IMG/VR virus record: IMGVR_UViG_3300017744_005100
Location: 1-58,206 of that record
Source of the DNA: a virus
Taxonomy: Duplodnaviria; Caudoviricetes
DNA length: 58,206 nt
Direction: 5' to 3' (one strand)
Position 1 is the first letter of the stretch. Each line of letters opens with the position of its first letter. The translations under genes were made by a program, and so were the position numbers. Below are positions 1 to 8,820 of the stretch, piece by piece. The notes below the pieces were generated by a model, which made no database searches, was not told where the DNA came from, and saw nothing but the letters and a program-made list of their open reading frames with translations.

Positions 1-141
1 CATTGTTGCTTCTGCGGACTTGTCTAATAGTATACCACTGAATGGTGCTCTTTGACCTTTCTTTATAGCGGCAATTTTACCATTAGCGAAGCAAGTTATT
101 GGAAATAAAGTTATTAATAAGATAATTGTTGTGGTTTTCAT
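1..141 (-). CDS. Partial exported protein (runs off the left edge), possibly lysis-associated
   Basis: Not in the ORF track. ATG at 141 overlaps the upstream TGA (ATGA). It reads MKTTTIILLITLFPITCFANGKIAAIKKGQRAPFSGILLDKSAEATM..., with a signal-peptide-like N-terminus. Confidence 0.7.
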   Translation of the reverse strand, partial: MKTTTIILLITLFPITCFANGKIAAIKKGQRAPFSGILLDKSAEATM

Positions 142-542
142 TCTTCAACCTCAACGATCTCCAATCCGAACTCATCAGCTAGAGCATGTAGTCTTTCTTC
201 TTCGGGCATAGAAACGATCTCTTTTATTCTTTTCTTTTCTTGGCGCTTTATTTTCTCGCCCTTTTCTTTCTTCATTTCATCGACTGCCTGAACAGCAACC
301 TTAAAATCATGCTGTGCTCTGGTCTTCTCTTTAATCTCTTCTTCGTGGGAGTCATTCAGAACTTTGATCTCTTCTTCGTTCTGTTTAACCTTGCCTTCGT
401 AGAGGCTTCTGAAATAATCTTTATCTTTTACAAAAAACTTATGGAGGACAAAGCCAATTATTATTAAAGCCCCTGCCCACCAATAGTTTTTTATGTAAGT
501 CCAAATTTTCTTTAAAATATGTTTAGCTGTTAGCCAAGTCAT
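138..542 (-). CDS. Single-TM membrane protein with coiled coil (possible i-spanin-like)
   Basis: 134 aa; N-terminal TM segment (YWWAGALIIIGFVLHKFFV) followed by a charged helical region; directly downstream of the holin-like gene. Confidence 0.55.
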   Translation of the reverse strand: MTWLTAKHILKKIWTYIKNYWWAGALIIIGFVLHKFFVKDKDYFRSLYEGKVKQNEEEIKVLNDSHEEEIKEKTRAQHDFKVAVQAVDEMKKEKGEKIKRQEKKRIKEIVSMPEEERLHALADEFGLEIVEVEE

Positions 543-736
543 TACTTACCTTTGAAACGGGCTACAACATCAACGAAGCCCTGTGTGCCGACATATGCTG
601 AAGCAATGATTACCCACTGCTCGGAATCTACTTTATCAGCAAGAAGTAGTCCTGTTGTTGTTAGCCATACCAAAAGTTTCTTTGATACAAATCTTTCTAA
701 GTGCCTATCGGCAAATGCTTTTACTGCTGCCACCAT
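542..736 (-). CDS. Small membrane protein, putative holin
   Basis: 64 aa with two hydrophobic segments (LLVWLTTTGLLLA; WVIIASAYVG) and a basic C-terminus; purine-rich AGAGAGGG upstream. Confidence 0.55.
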   Translation of the reverse strand: MVAAVKAFADRHLERFVSKKLLVWLTTTGLLLADKVDSEQWVIIASAYVGTQGFVDVVARFKGK

Positions 737-757
737 TTTACCCTCTCTGGTTAGTTG

Positions 758-820
758 TTAACCGCAGCAGCAATCGCAGCCGCAGTTGTTTTCACATTTA
801 CAATTATTACATCCACACAT
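758..820 (-). CDS. Metallothionein-like Cys-rich micropeptide (20 aa)
   Basis: Manual translation gives MCGCNNCKCENNCGCDCCCG* (9 Cys in CxC/CCC clusters). GAGGA RBS lies 7 nt upstream of the ATG. It fills the gap between the Mre11-Rad50 and holin-like genes. Confidence 0.7.
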   Translation of the reverse strand: MCGCNNCKCENNCGCDCCCG

Positions 821-830
821 TTTTTATTCC

Positions 831-3800
831 TCATTGATTAACAAATGCATATCCGTCATCTGTTTTAGAGATTTCGACTGTCATATCGACAACATCTTTC
901 AAACTCTCTATGTGAGTAATTAGTAAAGTAACATCAAAATACCCTTTTACAAGGTCCAAGATCCTGACGAATCCTTCCATGTTTTCAGCATCCAAAGCAG
1001 TGCCCGGTTCATCAAGGATAAACAAGTTGCTCTTCGGCATATTGCTTACATTTAGTAGGGCAATTCTAATAGCAACAGCAGCTAGTGTTTTCTCTGCTCC
1101 CGAACAAGTTTCAAGTTGCCGTGGGTCGTGCTTTGGGTGTTTGATTAGAATGTTTAATTTATTCTCGCTATTCTCAAAGAATACCTCAAAGTCAACAATG
1201 TTAGACAACACTTTCGCGATCTCTGTATTGATGACTGGTAAAGCCTTCTTGATAACATCGAAAGCAATGCCGTTAGAATGCATACATCTCATGAAGAGGT
1301 CATAAGCTGAGTATTCAGTATTTAACCTAAATCTCTCTTCTTTAAGATCCTTTAAATTTTGTAATTTTTGTTCCAAAGCCCCTTCTTTACCAACAAGCTG
1401 ATAGATCCGGTCTTCACAATCTTGTAGCTCTTGTTCAGTTCTTTCTTTATTAGTCTTAGTTAGTTCCATTTCTGAAACAACTTTTTCCATGTTTTCTAAT
1501 ACTTCTTTGTGTTCTTCATAGTAATCTGCTGTTTCATTTAGTTGTTCGATTTCACCTTCCAACTTTTGGATAGCTGTATTTGTTCTTTCTAATTCTAAAT
1601 TTAAATTAGCTATATTACTTTGCTCATCTTTTATTTTTTGAGTTAGCTGAGTCCAGTTATTAATTGTTTTGCTGACTTTATCAACATCAATGTCAGACAA
1701 CTCCCCTGAATTCAACTGTAACTTATTTTCAACCTCAGCCAAGACCTTTTGAGTGATTGTCAGATCTTGTTTAGCTCCATGAGCATCTTTAATAAACTTA
1801 CAAGAAGTTAAATACTTATCACCACATGGGATATCAGTTAGTATTTTGATCTGTCGGAGGCTTGTCTCCCTCTCTCTTTCTTGCTTTTCTTGTTCTCGGA
1901 GTAGTTTTTCTACTCTATCTTGTAACTCATCAGCCTCTTCTTTTTGTTGGCTCAAGCTCAGGATGTCGATAGACTCTAATAGAACACTACCTTTTTGTAG
2001 AAATTCTTCTTTGCTTGTGATTTGTTTTGTTAGATCCCTAACTTTATTTTTTAAAACTTTTTTATTTTCGCCAGCCTTCTCCAAGTCCTTTCTAACTTTG
2101 CGAATAGAGATCGGCTTTTCCAGTATCTGTGATAGACTCTTTTGTAAAGCAGCGATTTCTTCTTCTACAGAACTCAAGTCTTCTTTCAAACTAGAACAAT
2201 GATTCTTCTGTTTGGCTACCGCTGCTCCAGCTTTAAAAATATCATTCTTTGTCTTTTTGATATCTTCATCATAATCCACATCTTGGATTCTTCGTAAAGC
2301 TCCTCGTAAATCAGAAGCATCTTCTTTTGCCAACTTGAACTTCCGTTCAAAGAACTCTAAGTCAAGGAACTTAGCAAGGATCTCTTTACGCTTTGTTGAG
2401 CCCTCGTTGATATAATTCAAAGAACCAAGCTGTGAAGCCATAGATGTCAAAAGAAAATCATCTAAATCACCAAATACATTACGAATGGCTTTATCTGTAC
2501 TGCCTCTAGCTGTCTGATTTAGAGAACCTACTTCTCCCGATACTTCGTCCACATAGTCAAAGTCCGCTTGTGTCTTAGCCTCGTTTGTGACCTTGCCTTT
2601 AAGCTTCTTAGTGTATTTATCCGATCTGCGACTAATTTTGTAAGTCTTGTTGTTAGCTTCAATCTCCACCACACCAGATCCATAATCTTTGTTCTGGTTA
2701 ATAATGTTGTATGTTTTTCTAATGTTCTTAGAAGTATTATTATAAATTGTGTAGAGTAGTGCATCAACAATGCTAGATTTTCCACTGTAGTTCTTACCAA
2801 AAATTCCGACAGTGCCAGACAGCTTATCAAAATCAAGAGAATTATTTTCTCCATAATTGAATAAATTGTCCCAATTAAACTTTTTAATCCGCCAATGAAC
2901 ATTGCGGGAAATATCTTCACTCTCTTCAACAACTTTGTTATACTTTGAATTAAGAGCGAAGACTTCATTTAGTGTATCCTCCTCGACATTATAATCTTTA
3001 AGGTACTCTTTAATTAGATCTTGTTGTGTCTTCTCGTCTCGTAGATTTTCGAATAGCTCAGAACTTACACGATCTTCCACCGATAAATCGCCGCTGTTGG
3101 CTTTATTTAAGAAAGTGATACTCTCGGGCTTAAATCGATGCTTCGCGATGTCTACAGCCCTTCTCAGCCGTTCTAAGGCTATGTTAGACTTGGATACCAA
3201 TCTTAGTCTCGCACCATCTGGACATTTAAATCCTTTTGGGATTCTACCTGATTTGGTCAAGTTAATTGTGACAAAAGGTTTTGGGTTTATGAAGTCAAAC
3301 TTTTCTCTTGTGAACTCTGTCTTGGACTTAATGTCCCAGATAAACATACCCTTATCTTGGGTTTCACCAAAGTTTTGCTGAATAGTTGAACCAGCATAGG
3401 CAATTGTACCTTCTTTATTTAGAATCTGAGTCTTATGAATGTCCCCAAGCATTGAATAATCGCAGTCATCGAAGATATCGATGCCGTGATCGCCGTGCTC
3501 CATAACGAAACCAATGTCTGTTCGGCTATATTTGATAGCGCCATGGTAAAGCCCAATGTTAATTTTATCATGATTACTTGGCTTAACCCAATTATCTTCA
3601 TCAAACACCGATAAAGTGTTAAGACAAAAATTATCATCTAAGTGAGTTTCGCCAGCATACTTCAATAAGTGTAGATTCTTATGTCCCAAGGCATCAACAA
3701 TAGGTGTAATGGCATCTTGACGGTAAGAATTTCGTAAATTGCCATCATGATTGCCTAAAATAACATAAGTTGGGGCAATATCTGCCATATTTTTGAGAAA

Positions 3801-3986
3801 ATCAGAGCATAATTCGACAAATTCTGGTGAAATTTGTGTCTTTGTGTGGGCAATATCACCGCAATGGATGATATAATCGACCTTCTGTTCCCTCAAAGTT
3901 TGGTATAATTGCTGAAAAACAGCCTTATATTCCTTGTGATATTTTAAATTTTTGATGTGTGTGTCTGCTATATGAGCAAATTTCAT
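831..3986 (-). CDS. Fused Mre11/SbcD nuclease - Rad50/SbcC ATPase (gp47-gp46-like)
   Basis: N-terminal metallophosphoesterase motifs (HIADTH, CGDIAH, GNHD, LGDIH, YAGS). These are followed by Walker A GKNYSGKSS, a long coiled coil, signature CSGAEK, Walker B FILDE and H-loop LITH. Confidence 0.92.
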   Translation of the reverse strand: MKFAHIADTHIKNLKYHKEYKAVFQQLYQTLREQKVDYIIHCGDIAHTKTQISPEFVELCSDFLKNMADIAPTYVILGNHDGNLRNSYRQDAITPIVDALGHKNLHLLKYAGETHLDDNFCLNTLSVFDEDNWVKPSNHDKINIGLYHGAIKYSRTDIGFVMEHGDHGIDIFDDCDYSMLGDIHKTQILNKEGTIAYAGSTIQQNFGETQDKGMFIWDIKSKTEFTREKFDFINPKPFVTINLTKSGRIPKGFKCPDGARLRLVSKSNIALERLRRAVDIAKHRFKPESITFLNKANSGDLSVEDRVSSELFENLRDEKTQQDLIKEYLKDYNVEEDTLNEVFALNSKYNKVVEESEDISRNVHWRIKKFNWDNLFNYGENNSLDFDKLSGTVGIFGKNYSGKSSIVDALLYTIYNNTSKNIRKTYNIINQNKDYGSGVVEIEANNKTYKISRRSDKYTKKLKGKVTNEAKTQADFDYVDEVSGEVGSLNQTARGSTDKAIRNVFGDLDDFLLTSMASQLGSLNYINEGSTKRKEILAKFLDLEFFERKFKLAKEDASDLRGALRRIQDVDYDEDIKKTKNDIFKAGAAVAKQKNHCSSLKEDLSSVEEEIAALQKSLSQILEKPISIRKVRKDLEKAGENKKVLKNKVRDLTKQITSKEEFLQKGSVLLESIDILSLSQQKEEADELQDRVEKLLREQEKQERERETSLRQIKILTDIPCGDKYLTSCKFIKDAHGAKQDLTITQKVLAEVENKLQLNSGELSDIDVDKVSKTINNWTQLTQKIKDEQSNIANLNLELERTNTAIQKLEGEIEQLNETADYYEEHKEVLENMEKVVSEMELTKTNKERTEQELQDCEDRIYQLVGKEGALEQKLQNLKDLKEERFRLNTEYSAYDLFMRCMHSNGIAFDVIKKALPVINTEIAKVLSNIVDFEVFFENSENKLNILIKHPKHDPRQLETCSGAEKTLAAVAIRIALLNVSNMPKSNLFILDEPGTALDAENMEGFVRILDLVKGYFDVTLLITHIESLKDVVDMTVEISKTDDGYAFVNQ

Positions 3987-4936
3987 TATATTAACCTATG
4001 ACTTAGTAATGAAGTCTCTGTAAAGATCTTTGCGGTCTTTTTTCTGTTATGGTAGATGTTTCTTGGCATCACACCAACATCTTGATAACCCTTAGTGTTG
4101 ATTTTGTATACATCAATGCCATATGCCCTTAATGAACGAGCGATTGACACTTCTTTCTTCTGGGCATCATGATCTAGTGCTAAATAAATTGTAGTATTGT
4201 GCTCAATGATCTTTTGGAACAAAGGGTGCTGTTCGTCCAGTGTAGAGCCTAAAATTGGTACAATGTTTCCACCAGCATTGATGGCATCGAAGACACCTTC
4301 TACTATGACTAGTGGCTGTTCAAAGTCTATAAACAATTCATTAAAGATAATCTTTTTAGATGCTGTTGGATTTTTGTACTTTGGGAATGCCGCTTTTGTA
4401 AAAGACCTAGCGATAAAATAATTAATATCTCCGTCTTTATCAAACGATGGTATAATAATTCTATCTTTGTAAAGACCGTTTGAGCAATACCCAATCTTCC
4501 AAGTTATGATTTCTTCCCTCTCAATATCTCTTCTGCGAAGATATGACAATGCTGGTAAAGCACTAGCTGACAATTTATTAGATGTCAATGTATTAAACTC
4601 GTCTGGCAAATCAATCTTTTGTTCAACCAACACCTGTTCTGTAGGTGGATTCAGCATTTCTGTCAATTGTAGTTCCAAGTCTGAGTGATCAAAGATATTA
4701 CACAGAGTATACCAATCATCTCGTTGACTGCGAGTTCCATATCTTTTAATAAGATATGTTATGTCATTGCCTGAAAAGTCACATACCCAGCACTTGAACT
4801 TATTCTTCTTCAAGTTGACAGACATCTTCTTCTTATGATGTTTACACTTTGGGCAATAAAAAAGACTCTCCTTCCCGTGATGGAAAGGAGAACCTAAAAC
4901 TTCTTTCAAAATTTTTACTTTTCTTGTTTCTGACAT
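3986..4936 (-). CDS. Phage DnaG-type DNA primase
   Basis: Zn finger CPKC...CWVC; YLxxR and RIIIP...FIAR motifs; TOPRIM motifs IVEGVFDA and LALDHDA. Confidence 0.88.
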   Translation of the reverse strand: MSETRKVKILKEVLGSPFHHGKESLFYCPKCKHHKKKMSVNLKKNKFKCWVCDFSGNDITYLIKRYGTRSQRDDWYTLCNIFDHSDLELQLTEMLNPPTEQVLVEQKIDLPDEFNTLTSNKLSASALPALSYLRRRDIEREEIITWKIGYCSNGLYKDRIIIPSFDKDGDINYFIARSFTKAAFPKYKNPTASKKIIFNELFIDFEQPLVIVEGVFDAINAGGNIVPILGSTLDEQHPLFQKIIEHNTTIYLALDHDAQKKEVSIARSLRAYGIDVYKINTKGYQDVGVMPRNIYHNRKKTAKIFTETSLLSHRLI

Positions 4937-5439
4937 TCTAAATAACCAGCACGGGCGACAACATAGCTGTCCGCCCGATCATAACTTCCCGGTTTGGGAT
5001 TATTGCTTCTGGTATATTGTACCTCAAAACCATCTACATTGTCAAGCACAAATTTTAGTACGACCTCTTTTGCCTTCTTGCCTCTCTCAACTTTGATGCC
5101 ACAAGACTTTCTTGCTGAGTTGGCTGACATGTATTCTGGCTCTAATCCAAATGTGTTATAACTAAGCCAGCTAACGACACCGTTGAACTTTGAAAGCAAA
5201 GTCAAAACTTTTGCTGATGAAAAGCCCGGTCTAAACATCTGTAAAGATTGCTCAATTACAACCCTCTCAATGTTATAGTCTTTCTTAATAGTGGTTAATT
5301 TATTATCAATGTGAGAAGCTTTTTCAAAAAAGCTTTTAAATTTTCTAGTATCCCAAGACTCACAATAAGCAATGTCGCCGTTGGAATCAATTATAGTAGC
5401 ACCAGTAATACTGGTAGAAACATCTAAACCTAATATCAT
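4915..5439 (-). CDS. RuvC-like Holliday junction resolvase
   Basis: RNase H-fold motifs ILGLDVSTSITG, VVIEQ and DRADSYVVA. Confidence 0.8.
   Translation of the reverse strand: MILGLDVSTSITGATIIDSNGDIAYCESWDTRKFKSFFEKASHIDNKLTTIKKDYNIERVVIEQSLQMFRPGFSSAKVLTLLSKFNGVVSWLSYNTFGLEPEYMSANSARKSCGIKVERGKKAKEVVLKFVLDNVDGFEVQYTRSNNPKPGSYDRADSYVVARAGYLECQKQEK
5016..5045 (-). promoter_or_regulatory. Sigma70-type promoter upstream of primase
   Basis: Minus strand TTGACA-18 nt-TACAAT, inside the resolvase gene, about 80 nt before the primase ATG. Confidence 0.55.
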
Positions 5440-6671
5440 AAATCTAATTTTAACTTAAAAGTATAATCTTGTTCAGCAGTCTTTTTAACAGGGTTGGCAA
5501 CTTTAGCCACAGCGATTAGGTTTCTGTCCTCATCATAAACCCCAACTGTTCTAATATAAGTGGTTGGCTCAAAGCTAGCTGAGTAGGTTGAGAACGAGCT
5601 AGAGACAATATTTTTTACTAAAATATTTTCATTTTCAACATAAGCTTGCGATCCAGTAATTGCTAAATAACTATCCTTGCTATTATCGCCAGTCTGAGTT
5701 AAATAGGTTGGATTATTACTCCAGTTTAACTCGTTCTTTGGTGCATGCGCAAACATTGTAAGAACATCTTTGGGGTGGGACCCTTGAAACTCTAGGGTGT
5801 ATGAAGACCCGGTAATTGGATTACCAGAATTTGCAATCTTTAAATAAGAACCAAAATGGATCCACTTTGAATCATCTAGCACCGGAGTGCCGGAAGCGGC
5901 AAGTGGCTGAATGTAATGTTCTTGACTAGTGTTTAGACTTTCTGTATTAGTAAAAACAATTGCACCCTCTTCATATAAAATAAACCCTGTTACAGTTCCA
6001 GTTCCAATTGATGTATTTATCTGTTCAATTAAACGACCATCCTTACTAGAATCTGTTGCTTTGGCTATTAGCTCACCATTTCTATAGAAACTAGCAGTAA
6101 CTGTGCCGGGGGTTACATAATCCCCATAAAAAGTATTTGGGAAAGTAATAATATTTAAAGACTGTTTTGGACTTACTTTTGAATCTGCTGTGCCTTCTGT
6201 TGTTTCATCTTTATTTTTTGCTGGCAGACCACCATTATTAAAGTATAAATCAAAATCAAATAATTTTGCACTTCCTTTTTTATTATTAATTGCATTTTTA
6301 AAAGATAAAAACTTAAAAATTGTATTTGTGGCTGTGTAGTCGGTATCATAAGTACCACCAGTTTCATAAACAAAATCTCTTGTAATAGTAAATGGTACTA
6401 CCATACTGCCTGTTACAATTTTTGCATCTATATTAATAATACTTCCATTTTCGCTTTTAGACTTTACATAGCCCGTACCAAGATCTGTTGTTATAGTCAA
6501 ATCAGACTCTGGTGTCAAATTTAGGTCTCTATATCTAATAGAGCCTGTTTCATAGAGTCCCGCCTCAGTATCATTATTAATGTACAAGCTACCACTGTAA
6601 AAAGAAAAACGATATTTTGGTCTAGCAATTACAGTATTATTTAAAATGTCATTTTGTTCAAATCTATACAT
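5436..6671 (-). CDS. Virion structural protein (baseplate / tail-fibre attachment type)
   Basis: C-terminus YIRTVGVYDEDRNLIAVAKVANPVKK resembles the tail-collar/fibre-attachment motif; paralogous to 6678-7766. Confidence 0.6.
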   Translation of the reverse strand: MYRFEQNDILNNTVIARPKYRFSFYSGSLYINNDTEAGLYETGSIRYRDLNLTPESDLTITTDLGTGYVKSKSENGSIINIDAKIVTGSMVVPFTITRDFVYETGGTYDTDYTATNTIFKFLSFKNAINNKKGSAKLFDFDLYFNNGGLPAKNKDETTEGTADSKVSPKQSLNIITFPNTFYGDYVTPGTVTASFYRNGELIAKATDSSKDGRLIEQINTSIGTGTVTGFILYEEGAIVFTNTESLNTSQEHYIQPLAASGTPVLDDSKWIHFGSYLKIANSGNPITGSSYTLEFQGSHPKDVLTMFAHAPKNELNWSNNPTYLTQTGDNSKDSYLAITGSQAYVENENILVKNIVSSSFSTYSASFEPTTYIRTVGVYDEDRNLIAVAKVANPVKKTAEQDYTFKLKLDL

Positions 6672-6677
6672 ATCATC

Positions 6678-7766
6678 TTAGTAATCAATTCTCATCTTAA
6701 CATTTATTTCATCTTCTGGTGTCTTTTTAAGTGGTTCACTTAATTTACCAACTGCAAGCAGTTGATTATCGGCAGAGTATAGACCAACAGTAGTAATGTA
6801 TGCAACTGATGGGTTGCCAGCATTACCAGCCTTTACAATAATCTCACTACCGCTTACAAATGATGGGTTGTTACTGTAATTAAACTCGTTGTTTGCTGCT
6901 CTTAAGAAATAAGTTGTTGAATTTAATTCTGTGGTATTATTGAATTGAATATTCTGTATATGGGCACGAGCACCATTTACAATATCATTAATTGAACCAC
7001 TGGTCATCGCATTGGCTGGAGTTAATGCTGTTGTGGTTGCGAAAAAAGAACCACTAGTAAGCTCAGTGCCGAATGTTTGTGTATTAACCGAAAGGAAAAC
7101 CAATCCAGCTTGGTAAAACAAAAATCCGTTTTGAGTAGATGTTGGCACTGTTGCACTAGTACCCTCTTGCAATAGTGCATATTCACCCATCGGTGAATTC
7201 GTCTTATAGGTTTGCTGATTTCCCTCTACCGAATGTGCATCTGAAAATGTCTTGGTCCCGTCGAATGGGTCGGCATATGATCCTGTTCCAATTGTGATTT
7301 GGAATGACCCTTTTTTAATTTCATCTTTCATTAACACTCTAGAGATATCAATAAAAATGCCATCTGAGATTTTATCTGGATCCCAAGTATCGGCTGGATT
7401 TAAAACACCTGATGCATTAAATGGAACTACATTTTGATTTGTGTCATATCCAACATATTGTTGTGCAAATTGTCGATAAATATTATTTTTAAGAGAAGCT
7501 TCAGTGATTGCAGCTACTCCATCACTGTCGCTAGCACGACCTGCTGTCATGCTAAACATGAAGTTAGCTGATGAGCTAGCATGTGGGTAATCATATACAT
7601 CTATATGATCGCCAGTGCTAAAGAACTTAACATTACTCTCAGATGGAAAGGTTCCATAAGTTCCAGAAATAATCGTTCCAGTTACTGGAATTTGTTCGTG
7701 TAAGCTGGCTTTTGAATCGCCAGTATCGTTTAGTCCAAGTGTTTTAAAAACTCCGTTGTTTGCCAT
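6678..7766 (-). CDS. Virion structural protein (paralog of 5436-6671)
   Basis: C-terminus NEFNYSNNPSF...YITTVGLYSADNQLLAVGKLSEPLKK; GGAG RBS. Confidence 0.6.
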   Translation of the reverse strand: MANNGVFKTLGLNDTGDSKASLHEQIPVTGTIISGTYGTFPSESNVKFFSTGDHIDVYDYPHASSSANFMFSMTAGRASDSDGVAAITEASLKNNIYRQFAQQYVGYDTNQNVVPFNASGVLNPADTWDPDKISDGIFIDISRVLMKDEIKKGSFQITIGTGSYADPFDGTKTFSDAHSVEGNQQTYKTNSPMGEYALLQEGTSATVPTSTQNGFLFYQAGLVFLSVNTQTFGTELTSGSFFATTTALTPANAMTSGSINDIVNGARAHIQNIQFNNTTELNSTTYFLRAANNEFNYSNNPSFVSGSEIIVKAGNAGNPSVAYITTVGLYSADNQLLAVGKLSEPLKKTPEDEINVKMRIDY

Positions 7767-7777
7767 AATTTACTCCA

Positions 7778-8776
7778 TTATACCTTTCTAATAATCTCTA
7801 GTGGAACTGTTAGTGTGTATCCATAAACAAATGATGCAACCTTAACACTTGTTTGAATAACCTCCATTTCAACACCAGTGGAGGCATAGTCTGCTATGTT
7901 GCCAATTTTATGATCAGCGAACATGTTGTCTTGGTTTAACGAGTTAACTGCAAAGGTTGTAGCTAACAAGTTTGGGGTGCTTGGTCCCTGGAATGGTCCT
8001 TGGATATTTGATACAGATGGACCATTGACAAATAATCCTGGTTGGTTTGCCTTTGATACAGGATATGTTCTTAAAAACTGATCTGCCGAAAACAAATTTG
8101 ATGTAGCGGCTGCTGGTACAATACTAGCTCCAAGAGGGGGTTGACCGATTGGCGGGTTCAAGTTGGCTGGTGAAACCAACTTTACAAATCTATCATCTAG
8201 AATAACATTATATTTGTTTTCGTCTAAAGATGAGTCCAAAGCTGTCTTTGAGTCGCCTTCTGGACCATTGGATGTAGCACTGTCAATTCCAAGTGGTGTT
8301 CTCACACGAATGCCAAAAGATGCATTGTCTGGCGATCTACCATCAATAAAGCCGGATGCAAGACCAGTGGTAGCTGAGGTTAGTGAATCGTATGTCGCTT
8401 GATCTGCAACAATTGCAAATGCATTTCGATTGGTGGCGAAAACTGAATTTGGATTTTCATTACCAGTTGTATCTAATTTTAGCTTTGGGAGGTAAAGCAG
8501 TTGAGGATCACCATTTGCTGATGTAAGAGTGAAAAGTTTTGTTTGTAGAGAGATGGATGCATCTGTATGAGCAATCTCAATTGGTGTTTGTAAAATATTC
8601 AAATCATAATAAGCTGAACCACTAGTGTTGGTTGAATCGTAAAGACCATAGTTGATCTCCTGATCTCCAAAAGCATACTTTACAGGTTTGAATGTTCCTG
8701 CTGCCAATCTTTTTCTACCTACAGATGTTAGTACAACATCTAATAGGATATCTCCGCTGTTATCTAAAAAAGCCAT
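7778..8776 (-). CDS. Virion structural protein
   Basis: N-terminus LDVVLTSVGRKRLA...FKPVKYAFGDQEINY is shared with 14884-15741; strong RBS AAGGAGAGG; lies in the structural module. Confidence 0.55.
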   Translation of the reverse strand: MAFLDNSGDILLDVVLTSVGRKRLAAGTFKPVKYAFGDQEINYGLYDSTNTSGSAYYDLNILQTPIEIAHTDASISLQTKLFTLTSANGDPQLLYLPKLKLDTTGNENPNSVFATNRNAFAIVADQATYDSLTSATTGLASGFIDGRSPDNASFGIRVRTPLGIDSATSNGPEGDSKTALDSSLDENKYNVILDDRFVKLVSPANLNPPIGQPPLGASIVPAAATSNLFSADQFLRTYPVSKANQPGLFVNGPSVSNIQGPFQGPSTPNLLATTFAVNSLNQDNMFADHKIGNIADYASTGVEMEVIQTSVKVASFVYGYTLTVPLEIIRKV

Positions 8777-8795
8777 ATTTTACCTCTCCTTCAAG

Positions 8796-8802
8796 TAAAT
8801 AG
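8796..8802 (-). promoter_or_regulatory. Candidate late promoter CTATTTA
   Basis: ACTATTTAC in the only sizeable intergenic gap of the structural module, just upstream of the RBS. Confidence 0.6.
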
Positions 8803-8820
8803 TGTTTCAACCTCAAATAA

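Noticed and set aside
762-785. GCAG/CGCAG short repeats as a DNA repeat element
   Set aside because: Explained by consecutive TGC cysteine codons of the micropeptide on the minus strand.
831-4936. Inteins or introns in primase or Mre11-Rad50
   Set aside because: Lengths are accounted for by the expected domains; no splicing motifs or homing endonuclease seen.
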